From contig NC_068991.1 in assembly GCF_001194135.2 (NCBI RefSeq), positions 50,511,112 to 50,553,956 on the forward strand: a stretch of 42,845 nt of DNA, in the 5' to 3' direction. Position 1 is the stretch's first letter; each line of letters starts with the position of its first letter. Made by a program: the position numbers and the translations under genes. The notes below the pieces were generated by a model. The model searched no databases, was not told the DNA's origin, and was given only the letters and a program-made list of their open reading frames with translations. This DNA comes from Octopus bimaculoides (lineage: Eukaryota). Shown here piece after piece: positions 1 through 12,607 of the stretch.

Positions 1-213
1 TGATGGTGGGGTAGGGGACAAACACAGACATACAAACACTCGCACATACATATACAACGGGCTTCTTTCAGTTTCCGTCCACCAAATCCATTCACAAGGC
101 TTTGGTCGGCCCGAGGCTATAGTACAAGACACTTGCTCAAGGTGCCACGCAGTGGGACTGAACCCGGAACCGTGTGGTTGATAAGCAAGCTACTTACCAC
201 ACAGCCACTCCTG
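1..213 (-). mobile_element. tRNA-derived SINE (family A), 5' part, young copy
   Basis: Reverse complement starts caggagtggctgtgtggtaag...ggttccgggttcagtccc (A/B-box-like), then ggcaccttgagcaagtgtctt...gaaactgaaagaagccc. Same sequence recurs at 4948, 11533, 18157 and 28186. CpGs are retained. Confidence 0.85.
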
Positions 214-215
214 TG

Positions 216-256
<41 letters not shown>

Positions 257-585
257 ATATAATCTGGCTGCTTGTTTCTCTGGAGATTGTCAGAATGATG
301 TAGACGCCTCTGATGAGATTCCAATAAGGTTTGAAACTCAAGGTTGTTCATCATTGAATGCTCCAACGATTCTGTCAATCCACACTTTAGATAGAGACTT
401 TTGTCAACCTCAGAGGGATGAAAAACAAAAGCGTGCATGTACATTCAATCAGAAAAGTAATTTTTTTCTATATATTCTTATATGAGCTGTAAACAGTAAG
501 TCGTGTTTGTTCCTCATTACCAATTATAAACAAAATATTCTCCTTTGTTCTCAATCTCTTTTCTTTCACCCTAACCGATACTTAC

Positions 586-721
586 CCTTGTCAGCTCGCT
601 CCTCCACAACAATTTTTGTTAAATCTGGAGACAGTCTGAATATGACATATCTGTGTTTATGCTTCAATTTGATATCTTGAAAAGCATCTAAAACTTCTTC
701 TGCAACAGTAACTCCGGAGGA
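586..721 (-). CDS. CFL: Cofilin/actin-depolymerizing factor, coding exon 2 (N-terminal ADF-H region)
   Basis: Minus strand: ttttttaatttcag acceptor, 136 nt exon, then AAGG|GTAAGT donor. Translates without stops as SSGVTVAEEVLDAFQDIKLKHKHRYVIFRLSPDLTKIVVEERADK+G, matching the cofilin N-terminus (xSGV, basic KxKHRY-VIF strand). Starts in phase 0, ends in phase 1. Family-level call; exact orthology not determined. Confidence 0.93.
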
Positions 722-822
722 CTGAAATTAAAAAAAAAGAAAGGCAAATTATTTTTTAAAATCATAACACTTTATGAAAGAAACATTAATCTTACTTAAA
801 ACAAAGAGAAAAAAAATTACTT

Positions 823-1269
823 GCACCACCTCCACCAAAAATGAAAACTGAGTGCTGGGGGAAAGAAATGCGAATCTGGGAATTAGCAACCAGCCTAGAA
901 CTGAAAAGATGAGCTCCAACTGTCTTCTTAATGCTACTAAGGAAATGCCAAGGAGATTGTATTGGAATTGGACCACAAGGCAGTGATGATGGACTGAGAA
1001 GCGTGGTGGGTAGACTTTGTTGCTGCATCCTAGTCATAACAATAATAAAAGGAATGACACATCTCTACCAAAAATTAGATCCATCTTTTGTGAAGGATTT
1101 AAGCAATACCAAACAGAAGAACAAACAATAAGTCACTGAGTTTGGTCATCTGGTTGCAAGACTTGGAGATTGTAAAATAACTTTACTGGAACTGGTTCTT
1201 GCACAGAAGACATTAGAAAAGTTTGATTCTATGAAAATTAACACTGACGATTTATACAAACTAATATGA
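823..1269 (+). pseudogene. Degenerate LTR-retrotransposon gag-like relic (probably copia-type)
   Basis: Frameshift-joined translation: APPPPKMKTECWGKEMRIWELATSLELKR*APTVFLML / GNAKEIVLELD / GSDDGLRSVVGRL ... KLDPSFVKD ... VTEFGHLVARLGDCKITLLELVLA. This resembles gag N-termini of marine-invertebrate copia-like elements as I recall them; no search was run. Confidence 0.5.
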
Positions 1270-1389
1270 ACTAAGATGATATCAATTAGAATTACTCATT
1301 AAAAAAAAAAAAAAAACCTTTCTAAAAACCTTGAGTAACAAAGAGGAGTCAATATATATATTAGGAAAACCAAGTTTTATAAATCTACA

Positions 1390-1787
1390 TTAACCCTGTA
1401 GCATTCAACCTGACATATTCATCTCAAATACTCTTCTTTATCTTTAACCCTTTAGCATTCAGATCATTCTGTCAAATATATTGATTCTTTATTCACAATG
1501 TTTTGAATTAATCATGCATTGTCTTGTGGCTTCAAGATTTTGATAACGTGAATGTTTTTATTCTTTTACAATGGTATTATAGGGTAAGTGTGAGATATTG
1601 AATGTGACCAATTTGAACATAAAAGAGGCAGAATATTTTGGCCAGATATGGCCAGATCTCACTTCTCACACTTTCTGTACAATGACATTTTAAAAGTAAC
1701 AATCACACCATCAAAATCTTGAAGCTCGAGATGATGCATGATGAATTCAAAACAACGTGAATAAATAAGCATTACACTCAACATAGT
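1390..1787. mobile_element. piggyBac-type (TTAA-CCC end) MITE, two copies head-to-head forming a fold-back
   Basis: ttaaccct ends at 1390 and 1444. About 1480-1610 is reverse-complementary to about 1655-1787 (tttattcac..gttttgaatt.atcatgcat..cttcaagattttgat). Same family as 6194-6411. Confidence 0.7.
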
Positions 1788-3615
1788 AGTCTGCTCAAGA
1801 GTTGAATGAAATAAGGAAGAAAAATTTGGATGTATTTTTGCATGAGATCATGGTTGTTTAACACTGGACCAACACTGAATGAGAAAATCTACGATTAAAA
1901 GTAATCCAGCCACGACAATCCTGTTTTTTCCAATATGCAGCAACTGCAACACTACATTAGTTAATGCATACTATTTTAAGATAGTATGGTGTCATTCATT
2001 TCAAGCATATATTTGGCTGCTATATCTAGCAGATTAAGTAACCACATAAAGACTCCCTCATTATTGAGATTGTTAGAAAGTCTATAAAAAGCCATAAAGA
2101 ATAACTGCAGAGGCTATTACAGGCATATTTATTATTGCTTTTATTACAGGACATGGTCAGGCATTCAGCTCTTTCTTACTATGGAACTGGTGCAACCAGT
2201 TTTCACAAGCAATCTGTTAGCAACACTTTGTTTTCTATTACACTGAAAGTCTTCAATGGATTTTAGTTCCTGATATACCTTTATCCTACAGAAAATACAC
2301 TATAGACCATTGTTCTTCTTTAGTGTAGACAGAAAGTGGAATGCCTATGCATATGATCAAATTACTTATGATCAAATGCATACGATCAAATTACTTGACG
2401 TTTCAAGTTTAAACCTGCCCAGCAATGATGAACGAGTGACAACCACATCTAGTGAAACACACATACAAATAGATTTCCCCACCAGCAGGACAAAATTATA
2501 AATGTATTGTACATAATTAATTATTTTACTTAGAATTTATTGAGTCAATGTAGTTTTAAGAAAAGTAACACTTTCAGTAAGTCCATAATTAATGACATTA
2601 TCTCTTCTAGAAAGGCATCAGTGCCGTAACATCCCATTACACCTCCTCTTCCACCTGTACATACTAGAATTTGTGCTAAAAGAAAGCAAAAGTTTTGAGA
2701 CATGTAAGTTTTTTAAAAATGACAAGGAAAGGAAATAAATGCCATAAAAAAAAATGCGCAACTAAAAACTGAGAGGAAAGCCATGATCTAAAATAGAAAA
2801 ATGTGAAAGAATCTGTTGGCCTTTAAAGGAGAAGTAAAACAGCATCAGTTTGGTGGTGGTGGTGTAGGGGAGGAAGCCAGTGGAAGGAAGGAATGGTAAA
2901 TTGGGAGGAAGATGAGCAGCATTCAGAACTACCATTGTTGTGGTTGTTGCTTGTACACAGACACACACACACACACAACTTCAGTAAGCAACTAGAAAGA
3001 GAACATTGAATGAGTAAGTGTTGTTAGAAGCAGCCAACTATGAAGAGGCACTGAGGATGAACAGCCTTACTGTTATTTTATTGCAACACACAACCGAAGA
3101 AGCTGCATAAACTTACTACAGTTTGAAAAGAAAAAAAAGCAACATGCACACATATGGAAACATTAACTGCTTTGAATAGGCACAATTCCCTACAGTTAGG
3201 GAAGAAAACAAGCAGCTATGGTATTTATGCTTTTTGAAAGATAATTTACAAGTATAGCCGAAGTGAATGGCTCCTATGAGGAACTAAAACCCAATTATAA
3301 GCTAAACTTGTTAGGACTACATTAAATGCCCGCGTCAGTACATATACTACAATGTTGGCTTGTAAAGGAAGGAGAAGACAAAAATCTTACACAAAGAAAA
3401 TGCACAGTAAATACATTAAATTACTAACACATATTTACTATTTATAGAAATAAATAAATAAATAAATCTATGTTCGCCATAGTTTTTACGTGTCCAAACT
3501 AAGGCAGTACAATACAAAGGGCTACCATCTGGAAAATTCAGCTCAGCTTTGATATTTCTATATCAATAATGTAAATACAAATGAGACAAGATTCAATCAA
3601 TACACTTGACCCCCC

Positions 3616-3647
<32 letters not shown>

Positions 3648-4083
3648 TTAATATACACATACAAATTACATATGTGTGTGTATATACATACATGCAGTTT
3701 ACAAGTCACAAGGCAGTTTTCTTTTCCCTCCCAGTTAAAAATCAAGAATAAACTAGGACAACTTAAACGTAAGTAAATACAGTATACACATACATGCATG
3801 CATGCACACACACACACACACACGCACGATAAAAACTTAACGTACTTTTTCCCAGACAACTGCAGTCAGAGCTGACCAATGATGTCCCAACATCAACGAC
3901 TACAGCTGCTAATGACTGTTAATAATTAGTATAATGATGATAAACATTATCCATGATACATAAGCCACTGGTGAATAACAAAAACTGGTCATGTTGATTG
4001 GTTGCTACATAAAGAAGTTTATGGGATAGTAGTTTGGTCAGTATAAATATACAGAAAAGAAAAATAAATTTCACTGACTAGAT

Positions 4084-4307
4084 CAGTGGTTCCCAAAGTG
4101 GGTGGTACTGCCCCCAACCTGGGGCTGTTGAAGGAAAGTGGAGTGATAATGGGGTAGCCAAAAAGGGGACAATGGATGTAAAAAAAAACCCAAAACAATG
4201 GCTTAAGTTTTATTTGTGAAATACAGTTGTCTTGAATTTACAGCAGAAAGTAGTAAATGCTTGTGGTGTCAAGGGAGAAACAGCCTGAAAAAGTTTGGGA
4301 ACCACTG
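4084..4307. mobile_element. hAT-type MITE, 224 bp
   Basis: 14 bp perfect TIR cagtggttcccaaa / tttgggaaccactg. Flanking 8-mers gactagat (4076-4083) and gagtaaat (4308-4315) match 6 of 8, consistent with a decayed 8 bp hAT TSD. Confidence 0.8.
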
Positions 4308-4543
4308 GAGTAAATTAATATCACCAGGGTTAAACAATGCTTGATTTTGAAAATTATTTAAACTATATTTGTAATAAATTGTAGAAAATAAGATTATTGA
4401 AAAAGGAAACTTGACCAGTCTTTAAAAAATTCCCTCACAACAGTGAACAGATTAAGGCATCCTTAATTCTTCAAAGTATTAAAGTTTATCCCTAAACCGA
4501 ATGAACAATCAATGGTCAAAAATATAAAGTTTTTTTTTTAATT

Positions 4544-4756
4544 AGGGTGGTGAGCTGGCAGAATTGTTTGCACATTGAGCAAAATGCTTAGCGACATTTC
4601 TTCTGAGTTCATGTACTGGGTTTGAATACTGCCGGGGCCGGCTTTGCTTTTCATCATTACGGGGTTGATAAAATGAGTATCAATTGAGTACTAGGTCAAT
4701 ATAATCAACTTCCACCCTATACGACAACTGCTGGCCTTGCACCAAAATTTCAAACC
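4544..4756 (+). mobile_element. tRNA-derived SINE (family B), old copy
   Basis: gg(c/t)gagctggcagaa...aaatgcttagc...gagttca...gctggccttg..ccaaaattt layout, shared with 6565-6760 and the reverse copies at 16244-16888, 23092, 23694, 24238 and 30077. Confidence 0.75.
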
Positions 4757-4947
4757 GATATTAGTTCTTTGAGTGTACGTTTATCGATTATTTAGTTCAC
4801 TTAAGTAGAAAAAATAACACAAACTTTTAAAGGAAACTGTTGCACTATCTGAATATTTATTTATTCTGGAACAAAAGGGGAACCTCCATGCTGTTGTTTG
4901 TTGATAAACAGAATCAAAAACTAAAATATGATTACAAAATATGAGGT

Positions 4948-5332
4948 GTGACTGTGTAGTAAAAAGTCTGCTATGCAATCACATGGTTTCAGATTCAGTC
5001 CCACTGCATTGGTACCTTGGGCAAGTTGTCTTTTATTACAGCCTTGGGCCGACCAAAGCCTTGTGAATGGATTTGGAAGACAGAAACTGAAAGAAGCCTG
5101 TCGTGTGTGTGTGTGTGTGTATGTGTGTGTGTGTGTGTGTGTCTGTCCCCCACCACTGCTTGACAACCAATGTTGGTGTATTTACATCCCTGTAACTTAA
5201 CAGTTTAACAAAAGAGACTGCAAAAATAAGTACCAGATGTAAAAATAAAATAAATACTGGGGCAACTAAAATTCCTCAAGGTTGTGCCCCAGCATGGCAC
5301 CAGTGTAATGACTGAAACAAGTAAGAGATAAA
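4948..5332 (+). mobile_element. SINE family A, near full length with internal (GT)n
   Basis: Head ..tcagtcccactgc..ggtaccttgggcaag, then gccgaccaaagccttgtgaatggatttgg, internal (GT)n, and tail gactgaaacaagtaagagataaa. Confidence 0.8.
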
Positions 5333-6193
5333 TAGTTTGATTTAACATTACTTGTAATAATTTGATAATTTCTCAAAACATTTGATCACTAATAATCTTT
5401 AACCTCACAAGCACTTTCAGTACAATCCATATAAATCCAGAATACAAAATTAATTTCTTGTTTACTTGACATGTTATATCAGGTACTATTTCTTATTTTT
5501 TTTTTTCTGTATATTATTTTTTTTTTCCTGTATATTTCACTTTGCAAGCATTTATTCCTAGAGAAGTTTCAAATTCTTCAGCTAGCTACCTCTTGTCCAA
5601 GAACTAGACCAAGGATGTCAAACATATGCCCTGTGCCAATGTTTAGTCTGCACCCCAGCCCCCACCTAGCTCAATTTTATAACAAAAGAAAATTGTTATT
5701 TCATTTTAAAATATTCTGTAAAATGAACATCACCCAAGTTGGGGTCCAAATGGATTCTAGCAATAGGAACGATACTGAAAGGTTTTGCAGCATCAACAGC
5801 CAAGAGTTCTATCAAGCACTGATTCTTCTCAAGAACTGTATGCATTCATTTAGACAATTTCCATCTTTTTTCTGACTGACAACTGATTAGGGCCACACAC
5901 ACCGAGTATGGATTAGTTTTCTCCATACATCTCTGCATGCAAATCTTGCTAATCCATTGTATTCTTTCCTTTCTTTCATATCATTAAAGTTATAATTTAT
6001 ACTGATCCCTCTGTCCATTTAGTTTGATCTACATTATGAATAGGTTTTTCTGTTAAAAGAATAATTGTCCCTAACTGGTGTGTGAGATGTAGTTTGAACT
6101 TTAATCTGGTCTGTAAAACCAAACAAGTTTAACCCTTCAACTAGACCATTTTAATGACAGCTCTAAGCCCCAAATCATTATAAAATAGTTATT

Positions 6194-6411
6194 TTGCCCT
6201 TTAGTATTTAAACAGGCCATATCAGGTCCAAATATTCTACTTGCTTTATATTCAAACTGGCCACATCTGGCCCCTCACACCAACCATACAATATCATTCT
6301 AAAAATTAAAAGTTACCTCATCAAAGCTACAAGATAATGTAAGATTAATTCAAAGCATGTGAATAAATAAGCAACACTTTTGACAGGATAAGGTGAACAC
6401 TAAAGGGTTAA
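6194..6411. mobile_element. piggyBac-type MITE
   Basis: Ends ttgccctttag ... ctaaagggttaa (degenerate TTAACCC/GGGTTAA). Body homologous to 1390-1787. Confidence 0.65.
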
Positions 6412-6564
6412 AATACCTAATTGTAGTCTATTAATTATCTTTTCTTCTCGAAACCCCCCAGAATCATGCTTAAAAAATGTTTAAACTCTAAAACAATGAC
6501 AGTATTGTTGCTGACTCTCTTTAAAAAAACCTATTGGCAATATTCATGTACTGCAAGACAGAGA

Positions 6565-6760
6565 GCTGACAGAATCGTTAGCACAGCAGGCAAAAGGCTT
6601 AGCAGTATTTCGTCCACCTTTATGTTCTGAGTTCAAATTCCACTGAGGATGACTTTGCCTTTCAGGGTCAATAAAATAGATACTACTTGATCACGAGGAT
6701 CAATGTAATTGATTTAACCCAACCTTGAACTTGCTGGCCTTGTGCCAAAATTTGAAAGCA
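6565..6760 (+). mobile_element. SINE family B
   Basis: gagctgacagaatcgttagc...gttctgagttcaaattcc...gctggccttgtgccaaaatttgaa. Confidence 0.75.
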
Positions 6761-7276
6761 ATATTCCTGTACTGCCACAAGCTAGTTAAAAAATCCAACA
6801 AATATCTTACTTTTTAAAGTAAGGAATTTTAAAAATTGATTCTAAATTGCCATGAGTAACAAATCCCAAATGTTGAATTTCATGCTAAAGTCTTTGAGAG
6901 TGTGAGTGATAAGCCTTAGCAGATGCCTAACAAAACCTTAAATACACTGCATCAAACAAATGGGTTCATTTGTGCTTGTTTTAATCTCTTCATTTAGGAT
7001 ATCCACATTTTCACTTTTAACTAATATCAGTTCAATTTTCTATCTGTACAAATACTAAACAACACAGCTTCCTCTTCAACTTATCCAAGGTTGACTCATA
7101 AAAACCAACCAGCTTTGTTGCAACTCTATCATCAACATTACTGAATCATACGATAATTGAGAGAGGGTGGGAGTGTTGGGAAGTTAGTACTTCATGTGAA
7201 GGACTTTAAAATCAGGAAGGAATGTCAGTTATAAAACAAAAGATGCAATCTATCTATCTATCGATGTACAAATATA

Positions 7277-7836
7277 GCCATGCTACATGGCAGTGAAATG
7301 TGGGATGTGACCACAGAAAACATGCAAAGACTTGAAAGAAATTAAGTTGGTATGCTTCACAGGATGTGAAATGTCAGTGTGCATGTACAAGAGAGTGTAA
7401 GCATCTTGAGAGAAAAATTGGGGATAAGAGGAATCAGATGTGGTATGCAAGAGAGACGGCTGCACTGGTATGGACATGTGATGCCTGTGGATGAGGACAA
7501 TTGTGTAAAGAGATGCTGATCTCTAACTGTGGAGGGAGCCTGAGGAAGAAGCAGACCCAGGAAGACATGGGAGGAGGTGATGATAAGTGACCAAGACCTT
7601 TGGCAATATGCTGTGCTTGAGAAGACTCATCAAGCCAAATGAAAGGGTGGTCGTGGTCAGTGTCACGTAACCGGCACCCATTGCACTCTTGGAGTTGTTG
7701 GCGTTAGGAAGTGGATCCAGCTGTAGAAATCATGCCAAATCAGACTGGAACCTGGTGCATCCCTCCAGCTTACCAGTTTCAGTAAAACCGTTTAACCCAT
7801 GCCAGCATGGAAAGTGGACATTAAATGATGATGATA
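7277..7836 (+). mobile_element. RTE-clade LINE, 5'-truncated 3' fragment
   Basis: Degenerate C-terminal ORF (AMLHGSEMW...MQERRLHWYGHVM...RPRKTW), then 3' UTR ggcgttaggaag..atccagctgtagaaa..ccatgccagcatgg and a (GAT)n tail. Confidence 0.85.
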
Positions 7837-7861
7837 ATATATATATGAAGAGAAAGATAGA

Positions 7862-9460
7862 GTACATGGTAAAAGATGTCAGAAAAGCACCATTGATGCT
7901 ATATTTCTGGTAAGACAGCTGCATGAAAAATAGATAGCCAAAGATAAACCTCTGTACTTGGCCTTTGTCGACTTGGAGAAAGCCTTTGACAGGGTCCCCT
8001 GATCTATTATCTGGTGGTCAATTGGTGAGAGCTGTACAAGCTATGTACAGGGATGCTACCAGTAAGGTGAGGGTTGGCAATGAGTACAGCAAGGAATTCA
8101 GGGTACAAGTAGGGGTTCACCAAGGATCGGTGCTCAGCCCCCTCTTGTTCATCATGGTCCTCCAGGTAATAACAGAGGAATTTAAGACAGGCTGCCCCTG
8201 GGAGCTGCTCCATGTTGATGACCTTGCTCTTATAGCGGAATCACCTCCAGAACTAGAAGCAAGGTCTAGAATCAAAGGGCCTTGGAGTTAACCTAGCAAA
8301 AACCAAAGTCTTAGTAAGTAGGAAGGCAGACAAATTCCTTCAGATAGATGGCCCTGCACAATCTGTAGAAAAGGAGTAGGTAGAAACGCCTTAAGATGCA
8401 CCTGGTATAAGCTTTGGACACCTGCCAGGGGGTCAATCTAGAGGTAGTAGATAGATTCCGTTATCTAGGTGACCAAGTTTGTAGTTGGGATGGATGCTCC
8501 AAGAGTGTAGCTGTGAGAATAAGATTAGGTTGGGCTAAGTTCAGAGAGCTATTACCTCTACTGGCAACAAAGAGCCACTCTCAAAGAGTGAAAAGCAGAT
8601 TGTATGATGCCTGTATGTGAACAGCCATGCTACATGGCAGTGAAACATGGGCTGTGACAACCGAGGACATGCGTAGGCATGAAAGAAATGAAACCAGTAT
8701 GCTTCATTGGATGTGCAATGCCATTGTGCATGTTCGACAGAGTGTAAGCATCGAGAGCTAGGCATAAGAGGCATCAGATGTGGTGTGCAAGAGAGACGAC
8801 TTTGCTGGTATGGTCATGTGATGTGTATGGACAAGGACAGTTATGTAAAGAAGTGCCAATCTCTAACTGTGGAGGGAACCCGTGGTAGAGGTAAACCCAG
8901 GAAGACATGGGATGAGGCAATGAAGCATGATCTTCAAACTTCGAGCCTCACAGAGGTAATGACTAGTGACCGAGACCTTTGGCGATATGCTGTGCTTGAG
9001 AAGACCCATCAAGTGAAGTGAAATCATAGTTATGGCTAATGTTGGTGTCACATAAAGAGCACTGTTCAAGCATTGGGCCTCATGGAGGCGAAGTGGCCGA
9101 GTTCCTTTTCAGCGTTGGGTCTCACAAAGGCAAAGTGGCTAAGTTCCTTTTGAGTGTTGAGTCCCACAGAGGCAATGACTGAAACCATTGGCATTATGTT
9201 GTGCTTGAGAAGAAGATCCCTCAAGCTGAGCAAAATCGCAGTTGTGGCAGATACTGGTGTCATACAAATGGCATCTGTGCCAGTAGCCCGTAAAAGCACC
9301 CATTACACTCTCAGAGTGGTTGGTGTTAGGAGGGGCATCCAGTTGGAGAAAACCCTGCTAAATCAAACTGGAGTCTGGTGCAGCCTTCCAGCTTACTAGC
9401 CCTGGTCAAATTGTGCAATCCATGCCAGCATGGACAACAGACGTTAAATGATGATGATAA
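7862..9460 (+). mobile_element. RTE-clade LINE, degenerate RT plus 3' end
   Basis: LAFVDLEKAFDRVP; EFRVQVGVHQGSVLSPLLFIMVLQ; PWELLHVDDL (decayed YADD); WPCTICRKGVGRN; VVDRFRYLGD; RIRLGWAKFRELLPLL; RGRGKPRKTW. Multiple frameshifts; (GAT)n tail near 9447-9460. Confidence 0.92.
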
Positions 9461-10357
9461 TGTACATCTTTATATCTGCATTCTGAACTTTTAAGAAGAC
9501 AAGAGTTTTATTTCCATCAACTGCTTATCCCTCTCATTGTCCCTCTATGTTTATATAAATATCAATATGGACACGTTTTTAAATTTGAAGCCTTCAATTC
9601 ATTGATATATTTCTGTGTAATCATCAGCATTTCATGCTCCTTCTTCATCTAATTTTCAGTCTCTACTCAAAATTATAAGCAACAAGAGTTCACCAGTATA
9701 TTTGGCTGTTACAAACTTAAACTTGAGCTCCAACACAGATCTAGGCCATAAACTACAATAAATTATCTCAGGAAAGTTATTTGCTCTTCTGAATACTATT
9801 TGATATGAATAATTCCCAGTCTAAATATGACACCAGCTAAAATCTATTTTTATCTCATTCGTTAACCTTTCTCTGATTCGGTGTGTTACCATTTTCTGTT
9901 TCTTTTGAAACAAAACAAAATTTAATTTAGATTTGTCTAGGAGACTGAATTTCTAAATTACATTCACATGACTACAACAGTTTTATCATAATGCGTTGAT
10001 GTCCCATATGCAGTACTCAAAGTAGAATGACATATCAACTATAGGCAGGTCAATCACAGACAGCCTGTGGCCTACAAAACTTTCTGAATGACACAGCTAA
10101 AAAATAAAAAATACATTTCATTTCTGTAGTAGGTAGTCAGCCTGGTGGTGAGTCATGCTTGAAGATTCTATCAGAAACCTCTGATTGATGACTGATATGA
10201 TCAATAAAAAGGGGAAAAAAATCAACCATGTCTTTTGACAAGCTCTCCTTATTGTCCATTTAATAATTCTAAATATGTCTAAAACAATCAGATGAAAATG
10301 CTGTGGGTTTTTCCTGCCAGGAAGTAGTATTTCCAGTTTTTTAAACTGTTGCTTGAG

Positions 10358-10400
<43 letters not shown>
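10358..10400. repeat. (CTA)n microsatellite
   Basis: About 14 perfect units. Confidence 0.95.
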
Positions 10401-11200
10401 AAATAAATGACATAAATCTCATGAATCATACCTTTCATTTTGAAAACAAAAAGAAAAAAAAAGAAGAAAATTAAGTACATTGGAAAGCAATGTCTCAGAT
10501 ATACTAGGCGTGAAAGAGAATAAAAAGACAGGCTGATCACAAATGGAAATACCATTGATTATAAGGTCTGCTTAGCCAGGATTGACATGATACCAAACAA
10601 TTTTTAGTATTAATACCTGTTTAGAAGGCCTAACAAGTACTTTAGACTTGCAGTCTTTCAAAAATAGTTCGTTTTTAGCTTCTATAACGTTAAACAAATC
10701 TTCCCTGGGTACGACATTAGTCCATTACTGGCAACTTTTCCACAAGTTCTACTTCATATTTCTGATAACTATTCCTAGCAAAGTAGATTAACAGAGAAAA
10801 GAACAAAGTAATTTTTAACTATTTTCATTCCAAACTACTTGACACTACCCCTAGGATACAAACTTCATGTTTAAAGTTATCTAAATGGAAATCCTCCATC
10901 AAAATTTCATGTTAATTTTTATTCGAAACACCAGATAATATAATGACAAAGTTATGTTACTAAATCCTACATCATTTTCAAAATTAATTGAAATGAAAGT
11001 GATGTGTATCAACTGAAATATAGTAACAGAAAGATTAGTAACTGACAGAAGGAGAATGCATTTGGTACTGACTATTTTACAACTCATAATAGAGACAGAT
11101 GACTTAGGAGCATCATTTTTGGAACCTTGGAACCTCCTCAGTTCAAATCATTGTCTTCATAAATTCAGAATAAATAAACACTAAAACATAATTATCATAT

Positions 11201-11434
11201 TTCGTTTTTGGATTTGGTTTGCAAGATTTTTTATGTGATTTCGTGTGTTGAAGCATATTCTGTTGTGTCTGGGGAGAGTCATTTTCTTATCGTGCCTTAA
11301 AAGCGAGTCAAGACTACTGAAAAGGTTGCAAGATGCAACAAAAATTTTAAAAAAATAATATGTGGAAATTTTACCGGTGAGTGTTAAATTTTAAGGCATG
11401 ATAAGAAAATGACTCTCCCCAGACACAACAGAAT
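11201..11434. mobile_element. Short retroposed insertion with 13 bp TSD and 48 bp internal inverted repeat (Penelope-like terminus)
   Basis: Direct repeat ataattatcatat at 11188-11200 and 11435-11447. Inverted arms 11255-11302 and 11389-11436 match 47 of 48. The left part (tttgcaagatt..tgtgttgaa) is shared with about 19530 and 26110. Confidence 0.7.
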
Positions 11435-11532
11435 ATAATTATCATATATTTTATTAATCCTAAAGTTTCTTAGAGAATCGACCTCATCACACAAACATAG
11501 TTTATAGAATTTTCTCCAGGATTTTCATAAAC

Positions 11533-11873
11533 AAGGCTCAGGCATAAGCTTGCTTCCCAACCACATGGTTCTAGGTTCAGTTTGGGCAAATGTCTTCAAC
11601 TATAGCTTTGGGCTAACCACAACCTTGTGAGTGGGTTTGGTAGACTGAGAGAAGTCAGTTGTATATATCTATGTCTGTCTAATCTATCTATCTATATGTG
11701 TGGTTGTGTTTGTGTCAGCCCCCGACTACTGTTTGACAACTAGTGTTGGCATCTTTACATCCCTGTAACTTAGCAGTTTGGCAAGAGACCAGGTACTGGG
11801 GTCAATTTGTTTGACTAAAGAATTCTGAAAGATGATGCCACCGCCTAATTATTGAAACAAGTAAAAGATAAAC
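11533..11873 (+). mobile_element. SINE family A, decayed
   Basis: gcttcccaaccacatggttctaggttcag...accttgtgagtgggtttggtagac...gaaacaagtaaaagataaa. Confidence 0.75.
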
Positions 11874-12607
11874 ATTAACCAATGATTAATATTTTTGTCT
11901 ATCATGTGACTGCCCTTATTCTGTAAAAAAGAAAAAAAAAAGTTGGTTCAAATTTCTGTGGTAGCCATTTCATTTAATTTATATCCCAAATAATTGCTGC
12001 TGTAGTCATTTCATTCAGTTAAACCGGTAATATTCTTGTGGAAAATATGTTTTAATCAATGTATAAAATGGGGAAGGCTTCATTCCAGAGCCATTAACTA
12101 CTTCCTTCCATCAGAGAGATGGCAGTAAGTTTGCCATTTCCTTTCTCCAATAAATCAAGAACTTTGAGTTAATGGAAGAAATCAATATTATTTCCGAATA
12201 CTTACATAACAGATATTACCATATTGTCATTTGTTTGGATTTTCAAATTACATCAAATTCTATTGTTTAAACTCTTAATTCTCTTACAATATAAATATCT
12301 TCTTTACAGCTTTGTTTTCTATTCAGCATATTGCCTCTAATATTGCTAATATTATTTCTATTTAATCTGTTCCATTACATTCACATTAAAACCAATGAGA
12401 TATTATATTCCTAATTATTTCTATATTTGAACCATTGTATTTTCTCACTTCAACAGAAAGTTAGAAAACAACTGTTTATTACTTGAAGGACTTTTAGGTT
12501 GTGAAGAGTAGAAATAGCTTGTTTAAGAATCAACAGAATATGCAGGTGATAGAATATCAGTTGAAATTGGTATTATGATAAAATAATGCATGCATATATA
12601 TACTTAT

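Noticed and set aside
293-355. HHR-like words gcct-CTGATGA...GAAA-ctca-aggt
   Set aside because: Stem II barely pairs and stem III is absent; at best a heavily decayed relic.
174-485. ORFs 174-485 (+) and 190-444 (-) as possible exons, including cofilin exon 3
   Set aside because: No cofilin-like continuation in the required phase, no credible donor, and the ORFs run into SINE and (GT)n sequence.
2180-2286. Minus-strand AG...GTAAGA pseudo-exon (IKVYQELKSIEDFQ...)
   Set aside because: Open frame is out of phase with the cofilin ATG exon, the in-phase frame has a stop, and I recognise no protein.
5700-6000. Possible old LINE endonuclease fragment on the minus strand (SILGVCGPN)
   Set aside because: Only one weak motif amid many stops; not supportable.
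12215-12222. Alternative ATG|GTAATA on the minus strand as the cofilin start exon
   Set aside because: Weak donor in AT-rich, CpG-depleted intron with no promoter-like context; 38466 is much better.
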